A stretch of DNA of 64,000 nucleotides from Chiloscyllium plagiosum (lineage: Eukaryota). Made by a program: the position numbers and the translations under genes. The notes under the pieces were generated by a model, which saw only the letters and a program-made list of their open reading frames with translations, was not told the DNA's origin and made no database searches. Of this stretch, positions 37,861 through 51,476 are shown one piece after another (the stretch's first letter is position 1; each line of letters opens with the position of its first letter). The DNA lies in assembly GCF_004010195.1 (NCBI RefSeq), contig NC_057753.1, forward strand, positions 13,257,979 through 13,321,978, in the 5' to 3' direction.

Positions 37861-38899
37861 GTGACAGGATTTTAGTGGAAAGCACATTTGGGGATGAACT
37901 GTGTTCATTGACATCTGTTTCTGATAATGTTGGATAAACTCCAACCTAGCTAGAGTAATTAATAATCTGGATAAAAGTCAAATAATTCAGATGTGTTAAA
38001 CATGCAATAGTTTGAATCGTCTTACTATCTCTAACACAAGGTAGCTTCTTTTTGAAGGGATTTCCCTCTTTCAGTCTCCTCCATTCCCATCTCCAACAAC
38101 ATAAAGATCTTTCACCTAAGATGGGGCATGTTTTTAAGGTGAGAGGAGAAAGATTTGAAAAGGACATGTGAGGCAATATTTTTTACACAGAGTGGCTGCT
38201 GTGTGGAACGAATTGCCTAAGGTAGTGGTGGATGCACTCTCAGTGTGAAATGTGGTAGTCTTTGACTTGTCAAGAGTTTACACAATGTATAGCAAAAGAT
38301 CAGACAGTAATATCATGGGATCCCTACAAACATCCTTAATAGGTTTCAAGAGAAATGTGTCAACAGTGGAATGATACCTAACCTATCTGTATTTTACTTA
38401 TCCATATATCTTTTAAATGTTGTAATGGTATCTGCACCATCATTCCCAGTGGTAGTTCATTCCAAATACGTTTTCTGTGTAAAAAACAGCATGGTTAGGT
38501 ACCATTCCATTAACGACATGTTTTTTCTGGAACCCAATGAGACTCCCATGACAATACTGTCTGATCTCTTATCGTATATCATGCAAACTCATTACAAGAC
38601 AAAGGCTGTCACATTTCACCCCAAAAGGCCCTGTCTACCTCAGTTTATGCTGGTATGGCAAATTATCTCAAGTGTTTGATCATCAGCTGAAGCCAGCTGA
38701 TTCAAACTGCAATGTGGAATATTATTTTCATATCAGTTTGATGCCAGCATGTAGGCCATAATCCTGATCATATCAAAAGAGCATTCTGCTTAATTGTTTG
38801 CAACAACGAAGTACTAACCGTATTCAACCATGCTTGCAAAGTCCATAACACAGTGTCCAGCATTAAATCCAATTCTGCAATTGGGCAACATGGTCAAAG

Positions 38900-41800
38900 T
38901 ATTCCACAGTTACTAATTACAATTGCCAATTGCTAAGAATTATACTGATAACTAAGTTGGAGTTGTCAGTCCAGCTGACAGTGTGGTGCGTTTCCATGCA
39001 CTGGAAGCCATGTGTGTTAGTATACAAGATCCTGTTATTTGCAGACAGAAAGAACATTCGGAAAGGGAACCAGCAGGCAGTGCAGGGATCCCCTGTGACC
39101 ATTCCCCTCAACAATAAGTATACCGTTTTGGATACTGTTGGGGGAGAACGACTTACCAGGGGAAAGCAGTGGGATACATGGCTCTGGCACAGAGTCTGTC
39201 CCTGCTGCTCAGAATGGAAAGGGGAAGAGGAGCAGAGTAGTAGTCATTGGGGACTCCCTAGTTAGGGGGACAGATAGGACGTTCTGTGGGGACGAGAGAG
39301 ACTCACGGTTGGTGTGTTGCCTCTCAGGTGCCAGGGTTCGTGATGTCTCTGATTGTGTTTTTGGGATCCTTAAGGGGGAGGGGGAGCAGCCTCAAGTCGT
39401 GGTCCACATGGGCACCAATGACATAGGTAGGAAGAGAGATGGGAATTTAAGGCAGAAATTCAGGGAGCTAGGATGGAAGCTTAGAGCTAGGATGAACAGA
39501 GTTGTTGTCTCTGGTTTTTTGCCTGTGCCACGTGCTAGTGAGGCAAGGAATAGGGAGAGAGAGGAGTTGAACATGTGGCTACAGGGATGGTGCAAGAGGG
39601 AGGGTTTTGGATTCTTGGATAATTGGGGCTCTTTCTGGGGTAGATGGGACCTCTACAAGCAGGATGATCTTCATCTGAACCAGAGAGGTGCCAATATCCT
39701 GGGGGGGATATTCACTAAGGCTATTGGAGTGGGTTTAAACTAATCCAGCAGGGGGATGGGAACCAAAAGTGTAGTTCGAGTATAGAAAAGGTTGAGAGTA
39801 GGGAGGTCCAAAATCAAGTTTCAGGGACGCAATATGGCACCGGCAAGCAAGAAGTTGGTTTGAAGTGTGTCAACTTCAACACCAGGAGCATCCGAAAAAA
39901 GGTGGGTGAACTTGCAGCATGGGTTGGTACCTTGGACTGCGATGTTATAGCCACTTCGGAGACACGGATAGAGCAGGGAGAGGAATGGTTGTTGCACGTT
40001 CCAGGATTTAGATGTTTCAGTAAGAACAGAGAAGGTGGTAAAAGAAGGGGGAGGGTGGCATTGTTGGTCAAGGACAGTTTTACATTTGCAGAAAGGATGT
40101 TTGAGGACTTGTCAACTGAGGTAGTATGGGTTGAAGTTAGAAACAGGAAAGGAGAGGTCACCCTATTGGGAGTTTTCTATAGGCCTCCGAATAGTTCCAG
40201 TGATGTAGAGGAAAGGATAGCAAAGATGATTCTAGATAGGAGTGAGAGAGACAGGGTAGTTGTCATGGGGGACTTCAACTTTCCAAATATTGACTGGGAT
40301 CACTACAGTACGAGTACTATAAATGGGTCAGTTTTTGTCCAGTGTGTGCAGGAGGGCTTCCTGACACAGTATGTAGACAGGCCAACAAGGGGCGAAACCA
40401 CATTTGATTTGGTACTGGGTAATGAACCTGGCCAGATGTTAGACTTGGAAGTAGGTGAGCGCTTTGGTGATAGTGATCACAATTCTGTTTCGTTTACTTT
40501 AATGATAGAAAGGGATAAGTGTATACCATTGGGCAAAAGTTACAGCTGGGGGAAAGGCAATTACGATGCGATTAGGCAAGATTTAGGAAGCATAGGATGG
40601 GAAAGGAAACTGCAGAGGACAGGCACATTAGAAATGTGGAGCTTATTCAAGGAAAAGCTACTGTGTGTCCTAGATAGGTATGTACCTGTCAGGCAGGGAG
40701 GAAGCTGTAGAGCACGGGAGCCATGGTTTACAAAGGAAGTGGAATCTCTGGTCAAGAGGAAGAAGAAGGCTTATGTTACGATGAGATGTGAAGGCTCAGT
40801 TAGGGTGCTTAAGGGTTAGAAGGTAGCCAGGAAAGATCTAAAGAGAGAGCTCAGAAGAGCCCGGAGGAGACATGAGAAGTTGTTGGCAGATACGATCAGG
40901 GTAAACCCTAAGGCTTTCTATAGGTATTTAAGGAGTAAAAGAATGACAAGAGTAAGATTAGGGCCAATCAATGATAGTAGTGGGAAGTTGTGTGTAGAGC
41001 CAGAGGAGATAGGGGAAGCACTAAATGAATATTTTTCAACAGTATTCACTCTAGAAAACGACAATGTTGTCGAGGAGATTACTGAGATACAGGCTACAGA
41101 CTAGGTGTGATTGAGGTATTAGAAATCCTGCAGAGTTTGAAAATAGATAAGTCTCCTGGGACGGATTGGATTTATCCTAGGATACTCTGGGAAGCCAGGG
41201 AGGATATTGCCGAGCCTTTGGCATTGATCTTTAAATTGTCATTGCCTACAGGAATAGTGCCAGAAGACTGGAGGATAGCAAATGTGGTTCCCCCATTCAA
41301 AAAGGGGAGTAGAGACAATTCTGGTAATTATAGACCAGTGAGCCTTACTTCAGTTGTTGGTAAAGTGTTGGAAAAGGTTATAAAAGATAGGATTTATAAT
41401 CATCTAGAAAAGAATAATTTGATTAGCGATAGTCAGCACGGTTTTGTGAAGGGTAGGTCGTGCCTCACAAACCTTATTGAGTTCTTTGAGAAGGTGACCA
41501 AACAGGTAGATGAGTGTAAACCGGTTGATGTGGTGTATATGGATTTCAGCAAGGCGTTCGATAAGGTTCCCCACAGTAGACTATTGTACAAAATGCGGAG
41601 GAATGGGATTGTGGGAGATAGAGCAGTTTGGATCAGTAATTGGCTTGCTGAAAGAAGACAGAGGGTTGTGGTTGATGGGAAATGTCCATCCTGGAGTCCA
41701 GTTACCAGTGGTGTACCGCAAGGGTGGGTGTTGGGTCCACTGTTGTTTGTCATTTTTATAAACGATCTGGATGAGGGCATCAAAGGGTGGGTTAGTAAAT

Positions 41801-42690
41801 TTGCAGATGACACTAAGGTCGGTGGAGTTGTGAATCGTGACAAAGGATGTTGTAGTTTACAGAGAGACATAGATAAGCTGCAGAGCTGGGCTGAGACGTG
41901 GAAAATGGAGTTTAATGCGGACAAGTGTGAGGTGATTCACTTTGGTCGGAGTAACTGGAATGCAAAGTACTGGGCTAATGGTAAGATTCTTGGTAGTGTA
42001 GATGAGCAGAGAGATCTCGGTGTCCAGGTACACAGATCCTTGAAAGTTGCCACCCAGGTTGACAGGGTTGTTAAGAAGGCATACAGTGTTTTACCTTTTA
42101 TCAATAGAGGGATCGAGTTCCGGAACCATGAGGTTATGCTACAGTTGTACAAAACTCTGGTACGGCTGCACATGGAGTATTGTGTACAGTTCTGGTCACC
42201 ACATAATAAGAAGGATGTGGAAGCTCTTGGAAGGGTGCAGAGGAGATTTATTAGGATGTTGCCTGGCATGGAGGGAAAGTCTTACGAGGAAAGGCTGAGG
42301 GACTTGAAGCTGTTTTCGTTAGAGAGAAGAAGATTGAGAGGTGACTTAATAGAGACATATTTGATAATCAAAGGGTTAGATAGGGTGGACAGGGTGAACT
42401 TTTTTCCAAATATGGTGATGGCGAGCACGAGGGGGCATAGCTTTAAATTGAGGGGTGATAGATATAGGACAGATGTCAGAGGTAGTTTCTTTACTCAGAG
42501 TAGTAAGGGTATGGAATGCTTTGCCTGCAACAGTAGTAGATTCACCAACTTTAAGTACATTTAAGTTGTCATTGGACAAGCATATAAACGTACATGGAAT
42601 AGTGTAGGTTAGATGGGCGTCAAATGGGTATGACAGGTTGGCGCAACATCGAGGGCTGAAGGGCCTGTACTGCATTGTAATGTTCTATGT
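38900..42690 (+). mobile_element. Near full-length CR1/HER1 LINE (ORF1 SGNH esterase, ORF2 APE plus RT; inactivated)
   Basis: ORF 39138-39743 has VVIGDS, GTND and DDLHLN; 39860-40819 is APE (VMGDFNFP, SDHN); 41107-42564 is RT (GVPQG, FADD); in-frame stops at about 40819 and 41104. Confidence 0.95.
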
Positions 42691-43249
42691 ACACACACTG
42701 CATCTGTTTCAACTTAACGCAATGGGTGTCAACCATTTGGTGGTTAATTTCTCAGGGTAATTTAACAATGAAACAGACTAACATCTAATTGCTGTGGTTC
42801 AGGTGTCAAGCCAACAGACATTCAGTGAAGGATGTTGTACATACAATTAGCCTGAACTGAAATCCCTCAGACATGAAACATTTCTGCTGCTGTCATAATT
42901 CAGAAGGACAAGGAAATGAAAGTTCAACCATAAATATCACATGAATAGATATAACAACTAGGAAAGCCTGAAGTTCTTTTATTTAGAAAAGTAGAAGGCT
43001 AAGAAATGACACATTAGCAATAGAAAGCTTTGAACCTGTTTTGTCTTACCAATGTAGCAGAACCTGCTGGTTCATTTCCAGTCAGGAAAGGACATATTTT
43101 ACACTAATCGCCAAACTGACAGCACATCTCCAGCCTTAAGAATTCTTTTTTAATGATTAAAACAGTAGAAAAATATCTTCTGTTCCATGTCTAGGAGCTC
43201 TGAACCATGGAAGAAAGTGGCTGGAAGTCATTTCTTGCAGTACTCCGGT

Positions 43250-44750
43250 TTAGAACATGGAACAGAGTACATTACAGCACAGTACAGGCCCTTCAGTCCT
43301 CGATGTTGTGCTGACTTGTGGAACCAATCTGAAGCTGATCCAGCCTACACACTATTCCATTCTCGTCCATATGCCTATCCAATGACCATTTAAATGCCCT
43401 TAAATTTGGCGAGTCTAATACTGTTGCAGGCAGTGCGTTTCACGTCCCTACTACTCTGAGTAAAAAAATTACCTCTGATATCTGTCCTAAAATTTACCAC
43501 CCCTTAATTTAAAGCTATGTCCCCTCGTACTAGCCATTGCCATCTGAAGAAAAAGGCTGTCACTGTCCAACCTATAAAACCCTCTAATTATCTTATATGT
43601 CTCAATTAAGTCACCTCTCAACCTTCTTCGCTCTAACGAAAACAGCCTCAAGTCCCTCAGCCTTTCCATGCAAGACCTCCCCTCCATACCAGGTGACATC
43701 CTAGTAAATCTCCTCTGAACCCTTTCCAACGCTTCCATATCCTTCCTATAATGTGGTGACCAGAACTGTATGCAAAACACAAAATGTGGCCACTCCAGAG
43801 TTTTGTACAGCTGCAGCATGATCTCATGTTTACAAAATGCAATCCCTCTACCAACAAAAGCTAACACATTGTATGCCTTCTTAACAACCCTATCAATCTG
43901 AGTGGCAACTTTCAAAGATCTATGTACATGGATTCCAAGGCCTCTCTGCTGTCTACACTATCAAGAACCTTACCATTAGCCCAGTACTCTGCACTCCTAT
44001 TACTCCTTCCAAAGTGAATCAACTCACACGTTTCCACATTAACCTCCATTTGCCACCTCTCAGCCCAGCTCTGCAGCTTATCTCTGTTTCTCTGTAACCT
44101 ACAACATCCTTCATCACTATCCACAACTCCACTGACCTTAGCGTCATCTGCAAATTTCCTAACCCATCCTTGTATGCCCTCATCCAGGTAATTTATAAAA
44201 AATGATAAACAGCAGTGGACCCAACACAGATCCTTGCGGTACCCCATTAGTAACTGAATCAAGATGAATATTTCCCATCAACCACCATCCTCTGTCTTCG
44301 TTCACCTAGTCAATGTCTGATCCAAACTGGTAAATCACTCTGAGTCCCATGCCTCCGTATTTTGTGCAATAGCTTATCATGGGTAACCTTATCAAATGCC
44401 TGACTGAAATCAATATACACCACATCAACTGTTTACCCTCATCCATCTGATTGGTCACCTTCTCAAAATACTCAATAAGGTTTGTGAGGCACAACGTGCC
44501 CTTCACAAAACCGTGCTGACTATCCCTAATCAACTTATTCCTTTCTAAATTATTATAAATCTTATCTCTGATAACCCTTTCCAATACTTTACCCACAATC
44601 GAAGTAAGGCTCACAGGTCTATAATTTCCAGGGTTGTCTCTACTCCCCTTCTTGAACAAAGGAACATCATTTGCTATCCTCAAGTCTTCTGGCACTATTC
44701 CTGTAGACAATGATGACATAAAGATCAAAGCCAAAGGCTCTGCCATCTCC
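43250..44750 (-). mobile_element. CR1 RT and 3' end, tail-to-tail with the preceding copy
   Basis: PGNYRPVSLTSIVGK, KFADDAKV and STRGHSFKLRG on the minus strand. Confidence 0.9.
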
Positions 44751-44754
44751 TGGC

Positions 44755-44825
44755 AGAGAAATGTCGATTCTCCTGCTCCTCGGATGCTGCCTGACCTGCT
44801 GTGCTTTTCCAGCACCACTCTAATC
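44755..44825 (+). mobile_element. PLE terminal fragment starting within the hammerhead (GAAAtGTC)
   Basis: Matches 20679-20745. Confidence 0.75.
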
Positions 44826-44829
44826 ATGA

Positions 44830-45120
44830 CTTTCCCCAGTGTATCACCAGGGCAGATGACCGAGTGAATCCCTTACTACACACAGAGCAGGTGAATGGCT
44901 TATCTCCAGTATGAGTGCATTGGTGTCTCAGCAGGTTATTCCTGCTTTTAAAACTCTCCTCAATCAGAACATTTCAGTTTTCATCTTAGTATGAACTCAC
45001 TTATGTCTCAATAGGTTGGATGAATGAATGAACCACTTCCCCACATGTAGAACAGGTGTATGGCCACTCCCTAGTATGCTGATGTACAGAGAGTTCAGAT
45101 GACATTTTTGAATTCAGTCT
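44830..45120 (-). pseudogene. C2H2 ZNF remnant
   Basis: Reverse complement [25 protein letters not shown]-like fingers with indels. Confidence 0.75.
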
Positions 45121-45494
45121 CTCAGTGATAGCACCAGAAAGGAAATAGTGAGATAAAATATGTGGGCAAAAAATGGCAGATTGATGAAATGTGTGAAATG
45201 AGAGATTGATAACTTTGGTATGTAGGATACTGAAAGTTTATCTTTCCTTCAGTGGAGAGGGAATGCAGAATGTTGCAGTCTTAAAAGAACTGAATGTCCT
45301 CCTACATGAATCATAATAGTAAGGATATTATTACATACTGAAAACATGGCTTAAAGCATGGGAACAGAGCAGCTGAAAATCCCTGGATATACAACTGTCA
45401 GACAGGAGGGAGAGAGGGATTAAATTCAAGTACAGGTGTCACGTTATTGGTGAATGAATCGTAACTATGATGAGGGATGATCTAATAAATCATA

Positions 45495-45930
45495 TCATAA
45501 GACCATAAGACGTAGGAGTGCAAGTAAGGCCATTCGGCCCATCGAGTCCACTCCGCCATTTAATAATGACTGATGGGCATTTCAACTCCGCTTACCCGCA
45601 TTCTCCCCGTAGCCCTTAATTCCTTGTGACATCAAGAATTTATCAATCTCTGGCTTGAAGACATTTAGCGTCCCGGCCTCCACTGCACTCCGCGGCAATG
45701 AATTCCACAGACCCACCACTCTCTGGCTGAAGAAATGTCTCCGCATTTCTGTTCTGAATTGACCCCCTCTAATTCTAAGGCTGTGCCCACGGGTCCTAGT
45801 CTCCTCGCCTAACGGAAACAATTTCTTAGCGTCCACCCTTTCCAAGCCATGTATTATCTTGTAAGTTTCTATTAGATCTCCCCTTAACCTTCTAAACTCC
45901 AATGAGTACAATCCCAGGATCCTCAGCCAG
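45495..45930 (-). mobile_element. CR1 3' end (second subfamily)
   Basis: YSLEFRRLRGDLIETYKI…TRGHSLRIRGG; tail (tcttatg)n. Confidence 0.85.
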
Positions 45931-48357
45931 ACCTGATGGGTTGAGTTCCATGGAGCCCACCGGTTTGTCCTGAAATGGAAACTTTAAACAGAGTTAACAG
46001 ATGATTTTAAAATATCACTGCAATGTGATCGGCAGGACTCTGCACTAACCCTGTGACCAGATGTTTCCACCTGATAGTGGTCCCACATTTATTTTTTGCT
46101 GAGAAGTGACATGTGCGGTTTTGAACTGGCAGCAGAGAAACAGGAGGTTGTGCCACCTGAGAATGGAGCAAGTGGTCATTTTATTGTTATCAGCTTGAAC
46201 AGACGTCCTGTCTGTGAGGGTGACCTCATACTGACAGAATCAAGAACAAACATACAGATTGCTGATGGTCTCTGCATTTTAATTCAATGTCTTCCTTGAT
46301 CCACTTATACTTTCTCCGTGTCTCTCTGCAAATACCATGCATTCACCATACTCAGTGTATGTACTGAAGCTCAGTTGACACAATTATTGTCTCCCTTCTT
46401 TGAAAAAATAACTAAAGAGCTTTTGAGATGCAATGGCGGAATCTCTACCTCCAGTCTGGAAGGTGCAGGTTAAAATTCCAATTGCCTCAGAGGTTTCACA
46501 TCGCCTGCCTGAACAGGTTGATGAAAAATAATCATAAACTAGCATAGAAACAATGGGGAGACAGAGACTGCATACCTGCAATGTTGCAAATATTTAAAAG
46601 GAAAAAACAACCAATTTCTCAAATCACACTGCTCAGAGATGTGATTGCACGCCTCTGGAGCAGGTGGGACTTGAACTCAGGTCTCCCTATTCTGGGGACC
46701 ATGACACCACAAGAGGGCTTACCTGCCATGTTTCACTCTCGATAAGTAAATCTGTGCCAGACTATCCCAGTAATGACCGGCTCTCGTTTCTTACTTCATC
46801 AATTGGCTATCCAGACTGTCACAACAAAGTCTGGATTAATACTTATTAAAGTGAACATTGCAACTGGGCAGGACCAACCCTTCACTATTTATCACCCAGC
46901 CTTGTTATTCCCACTGATAAAAACTACAGCATGGATAATGCTGTTCAACAATTGAGAGTTTACTGCATATTTGAATGTGAAAGTCAATTATTAGTTGTTT
47001 GTGATAAAATATATGAGTCCATAGATGTCACTGCTTCTAGTTTCATTGTTTGCTGACAATCAGATACAATTGAGGGTAAAATCAGTATCTAGTGTATGTT
47101 TTTTTTTAATTGATTGGGGTAAATAATTTGTTATGGTGCAAAGTCCTGCACATTTTTGCTTGATAACTGAACTTTCTGCCTGCAACCCCAACATTTGCCA
47201 AAATAAAGACAAACGCACATTCCAGTGATTCTGAAATCAGATTCAAAACTATAGCTTGACAATAACATTGGGTAAGATTGCTGCTGCTAATTTTCCACAT
47301 GCTAATAACTCAAACAGCAACTTCAAGAAAGAAATTGCATTGATTTGGATTGATGTGAGTGAAATCCTTTGAACGATGGCATTGGACAGGAGAACAAGAC
47401 TGTTTGGCCCAGCCAGTCAGCTGTTTTAAACAACTGTTGAATTGTTCCATTTGCCCAATCTTGCTCCAAAGTCATTAGAAGCTTTCCTTTTCAACTGTAC
47501 TTCCCATTTCATTTTCAAAGTTCCTAGTCGATTTGTTTCCTTCAATCTTTCATGGAATGCATTCCAGATCATATTAACTCACCAGCAGGGATGAGGTGTA
47601 TTTAAACATCAGTGTTTGGGGAGTGTGTCAATACAAGAGGAAAGTCTTAGACTCAATGCCATCCCTTCTTTATCTGGAATGAAACTATTATCATTGTAAA
47701 AGACACCCATGTATACATCCATCTTCAATTTTACTAAGGATGGTAACTAACGTGTTTCTGTTCAATAAATCAAGATTGTACAACATACAGGTTCAAATGT
47801 TGTAGAATTATCAAGTGCCATTTTCAGACTTGAAAATTAAACCTGCTGTTTCACTTTCAGTCAGAATAGATTAGAAACACACACAGTTTTTTTGGACTGT
47901 GTCACAAAACAGATCATAGTTTTGACACCAATCTCTGATATTTCAGCTTGTTCCCAGCATTCACGGTCATTCTTCCTGACTTGAAACACGTCTGCAAGGG
48001 AGCTGCTGTTCTGTGCCTTGGAGATCTGAGCCAAGAAAGGCAATGGCTGAGACCAATTTATTATGCACCTTAAGATTGTCCTCATGAGGACTCAGCTGTG
48101 AGTGAAGAGAAATGAGAATGATTAAAATCACATTCATCCCTCTCAGTGTGATCCTGATGGACTGTGTCCAGGTTAAAGATCAGTTTCTGACACACAACCC
48201 TCCTCCCACATTGTCCTTTATGACTCTAGCCTCATGTTAAACACTCAGATGGGAAAGACAAAGATTACAAAATTGTCTCAGAAAAGGTGAATAATTTTTC
48301 ATTTATGCAGAACATAAAAACTCGTCAACAAATCAGGATCATCAGAATGAACATGGT

Positions 48358-49506
48358 TCAGTCCTGGATATGACTAGCAGCATCGGCAAGTGCAGAATCC
48401 AAACTTTGCATTTGCTTGTGAACTCGCCGGTGTGTCAGCAGATGGGATGACTGAATGAATCCCTTCCCACAGACATTACAGGTGAATGGCCTCTCCCCAG
48501 TGTGAACTCGCTGGTGTTTCACCAGGTAGGATGAATGAGAAAATTCCTTCCCACATTCAGAGCAGGCGAACGGCCTCTCCCCAGTGTGAATCCTCTGGTG
48601 TGTCTGCAGGTTGGATGACTGAGTGAATCCCTTCCCACAAGTTGGACAAGTGAAGGGCCTCTCTCCAGAGTGAACTCGCTGGTGATTCATCAGGTTGGAG
48701 GATCGAGTGAATCCCTTCCCACACACAGGACAGGTGAAAGGCTTCTCCTTTGTGTGAACCTGCTGATGTGTCAGAAGATTACATGAACGGGTGAATCCCT
48801 TTCCACATTCAGAGCAGGTGAAAGGTCTATCTCCTGTGTGAAGTTGCTGGTGTATCAGAAGGTTGGATGAATTAATGAATCCCTTCCCACACACAGAGCA
48901 GGTGAATGGTCTCTCCCCTGTGTGAATCCGCTGGTGATACAGTAGGCCAGATGGACGAGCGAATCCCTTCCCACACACAGAGCAGGTGAATGGCCTCTCC
49001 CCTGTGTGAGTATACTGGTGTGTCAGCAGATCCTTTTTGCTTTTAAAGCTCTTCTCGCAATCAGAACAATTAAAAAGTTTGTTATCAGAGTGAGCAAGTT
49101 GATGTGTCTGAAGGTGGGATGACTGAGTGAATGCCATCCCACAGATAGAGCAGGTGAATGGCCTCTCCCCAGTGTGGATACGTTGATGTGTCATTAGATC
49201 CTTTCTGCATTTAAAACTCTTCTCACAGTTTGGGCATTTAAATGGTCTCTTATCAGTGTGGACAAGTTGGTGAGTCACAATGTGGGATGATCGAGCAAAT
49301 CCTTTACCACACACAGGGCAGGTGAACGGCCTTTCCTCAGTGTGAACTCGCCGGTGTGTCAGAAGGTTGTAGGAATGGGTGAACCCCTTCCCACAGACAG
49401 AGCAGGCGAATGGCCTCTCCCCAGTGTGACTGCGCCGATGAACCTCCAGTTGAGATGGGTAATTGAACCCTTTTCCACAGTCGCCACATTTCCATGGTTT
49501 CTCCAT
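48358..49506 (-). CDS. C2H2 zinc-finger protein, 13 fingers plus an 18-aa C-terminal tail
   Basis: First ATG at 49506 ([10 protein letters not shown]); intact ORF; likely acceptor tttttAG at 49828-49827 and donor GTAAGT at 50093-50088. Confidence 0.9.
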   Translation of the reverse strand: MEKPWKCGDCGKGFNYPSQLEVHRRSHTGERPFACSVCGKGFTHSYNLLTHRRVHTEERPFTCPVCGKGFARSSHIVTHQLVHTDKRPFKCPNCEKSFKCRKDLMTHQRIHTGERPFTCSICGMAFTQSSHLQTHQLAHSDNKLFNCSDCEKSFKSKKDLLTHQYTHTGERPFTCSVCGKGFARPSGLLYHQRIHTGERPFTCSVCGKGFINSSNLLIHQQLHTGDRPFTCSECGKGFTRSCNLLTHQQVHTKEKPFTCPVCGKGFTRSSNLMNHQRVHSGERPFTCPTCGKGFTQSSNLQTHQRIHTGERPFACSECGKEFSHSSYLVKHQRVHTGERPFTCNVCGKGFIQSSHLLTHRRVHKQMQSLDSALADAASHIQD

Positions 49507-50119
49507 GGCGCAGTGTCCTTGTGTCTCTCCACTTTGGATGATCAGTTGAAGCCTCGCACCTAAGTTTACAATTTGTCTCTGCTGCAAATGTGTGACATTT
49601 TTCTCAGGATGTGTAATAGAACACTCTCACTCAGATCTGTTTGTGTGTCTGGTTGCTTTTCCACTCAGACTGACGTCTGACATCTTCTCCCTTGAGGCAG
49701 GACAGAAACTGTTGCTCTTACTACAGCCAGAGGCTGATGACATTCAGGTTTGAATGAATCGAGTGATTCTGTGAGATGGGGCGCTTGGTTTGAATTTGCA
49801 GTCTGCAATCTTCTTTAAAATGCCGCCTAAAAAGGAGATGACAAAAGCCCTCAGAACAGAAAATCCAGACAGACAGTTGCAGTTTCGCTGGAACGTGTCC
49901 TGCTCCCGAAAACGCGATCTAATTCAACCAAAATAAGTCCAAAATGACTAGCGAGGCATGAAGAGGTACAAAGGAAATCTCCTTAACAAAGCCAGAATGC
50001 TATTCCCAATGTCTGTGAGACACTCTCCATCCAAGCTCCCCAGTAATAGTGGAACCAGTCATTTGGAACCTCTCATCGCGTGTTCCCACTTACGAGCATT
50101 TGGACCCAGTTGCAATCAG

Positions 50120-50520
50120 ACAATCCAAACCCCGCCCACCCCGTCTACGTCATCACGCCGGGACGTAAGGGCGCTGCTCCGCCCCTTTCCCTCCCTCCCT
50201 CCCCGCGGATCGAAGATGGCGGCTGTTGACTTGAACTTCTTCCCGGGGACACGAATCTGGCTCATGCAGGTCAGTATTCGCGGTTCGGGACATTTAATCA
50301 GTGTCTATCAACCCGCCCCGTCGTTCCGCCAGCTCCATCGTTTCCTCTGCGCTGCCGCGTCCTCGCCGCCTGCAGATGAGAAAGAAAGCGTCCCTCTTGC
50401 CCACCGTCGTTCGTCTGCCAAAACGCATGCGCCAGATGTTGGGTGGGTCTGCGCTTGCGCACTGTTCTCCCGTGACCTGGAGAGGCGACGTTTACCAGCG
50501 CGGGGCATGGTGGGTAAATG
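50120..50520. promoter_or_regulatory. Bidirectional CpG-island promoter
   Basis: GC boxes, CRE-like acgtca, YY1 AAGATGGCGGC at 50213-50223 and NRF1-like acgcatgcgc near 50423; plus donor CAG|GTCAGT at 50269/50270 and minus donor at 50094/50093. Confidence 0.75.
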
Positions 50521-50534
50521 TGCTTCAATGTTTA

Positions 50535-50715
50535 AGATCAGATTCCCTGCCATGTGGAAACAGGCCCTTCGGCCCAACAAGTCCACACTGACCCTCTGAA
50601 GAGTAACCCAGCCAGTCCCATTTCCCTCTGACTAATGCACCCAACACTACGGGCAACTTAGCATAGCCAATTCACCTGACCTGCACGTATTTGGACTGTG
50701 GGAGGAAACCGGACA
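50535..50715 (-). mobile_element. HE1-like SINE, 3' half
   Basis: Reverse complement of the SINE core and tail. Confidence 0.8.
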
Positions 50716-50719
50716 TTGT

Positions 50720-51476
50720 GTTAGAACGCCGCCCACCCCACTCCTGGCACCTTTCGGTGCCATTGTAGGAAGTGCAAAACCTGCGTCCACACCACTCCCC
50801 TCACCTCCGTCCAAGGCTCCAAGGGATCCTTCCACATCCGTCAGAAATTTACCTGTACTTCTACTGATGTCGTCATCTGCATCCGTTTTATCCGACGTGG
50901 TCCCCTCTACTTTAGAGGAGACAGGATGCCTTCTTGCGGATCGTTTCAGAGAACATCTGATATACCCACACCCACCAACCGCACCACCCTGTGGCTGAAC
51001 ACTTCAACTCCCCCTCCCACTCCGTCAAGGGCATGCAGGTCCTGGGACGCCTCCATTGGCAAACTGTTACCACCTGACGTCTGGAGGAAGAAAGCCTCAT
51101 TCCCCCTTGGGATCCTGCAACCACACAGAATAAATGTGGATTTCGACAGCTTCCTCATTTCCTCTCCCCCCACATTCTCCCAATCCTAAGCCTCCAACTC
51201 TGCACTGCCCTCCTGACTGGTCCATCACAACCCCCTCTGACCTATCATCTTCTCCCTTACCTTCATCCACCTCTCACTTTTTCAGCTACCTTTACCCCAA
51301 CCACACCCCCTCCCTTTTATGTCTCAGACCCCAGCCCACAAGCCTCCTTCCTGATGAAGGGCTTATGCCCAAAACGTCGATTCTCCTGCTCCTTGGATGC
51401 TGCCTGACCTGCTGTGCTTTCACAGCAACAAACTCTCGACTCTGATGTCCAGCAACTACAGTCCTCACTTTCTCCC
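50720..51476 (+). mobile_element. Penelope-like element 3' part (GIY-YIG remnant plus terminal hammerhead motif)
   Basis: Decayed KGSFHIRQKFTCTSTDVVICI…ETGCLLADRFREH; CTGATGA-A-GGGC-TTAT-GCCC-aAAA-CGTC from 51351. Confidence 0.85.

Noticed and set aside
49958-50599. 213-aa ORF across the CpG island (also 21266-21622 and 27042-27410)
   Set aside because: GC-rich, stop-poor promoter DNA with no recognisable domain; two of these ORFs run into SINEs.
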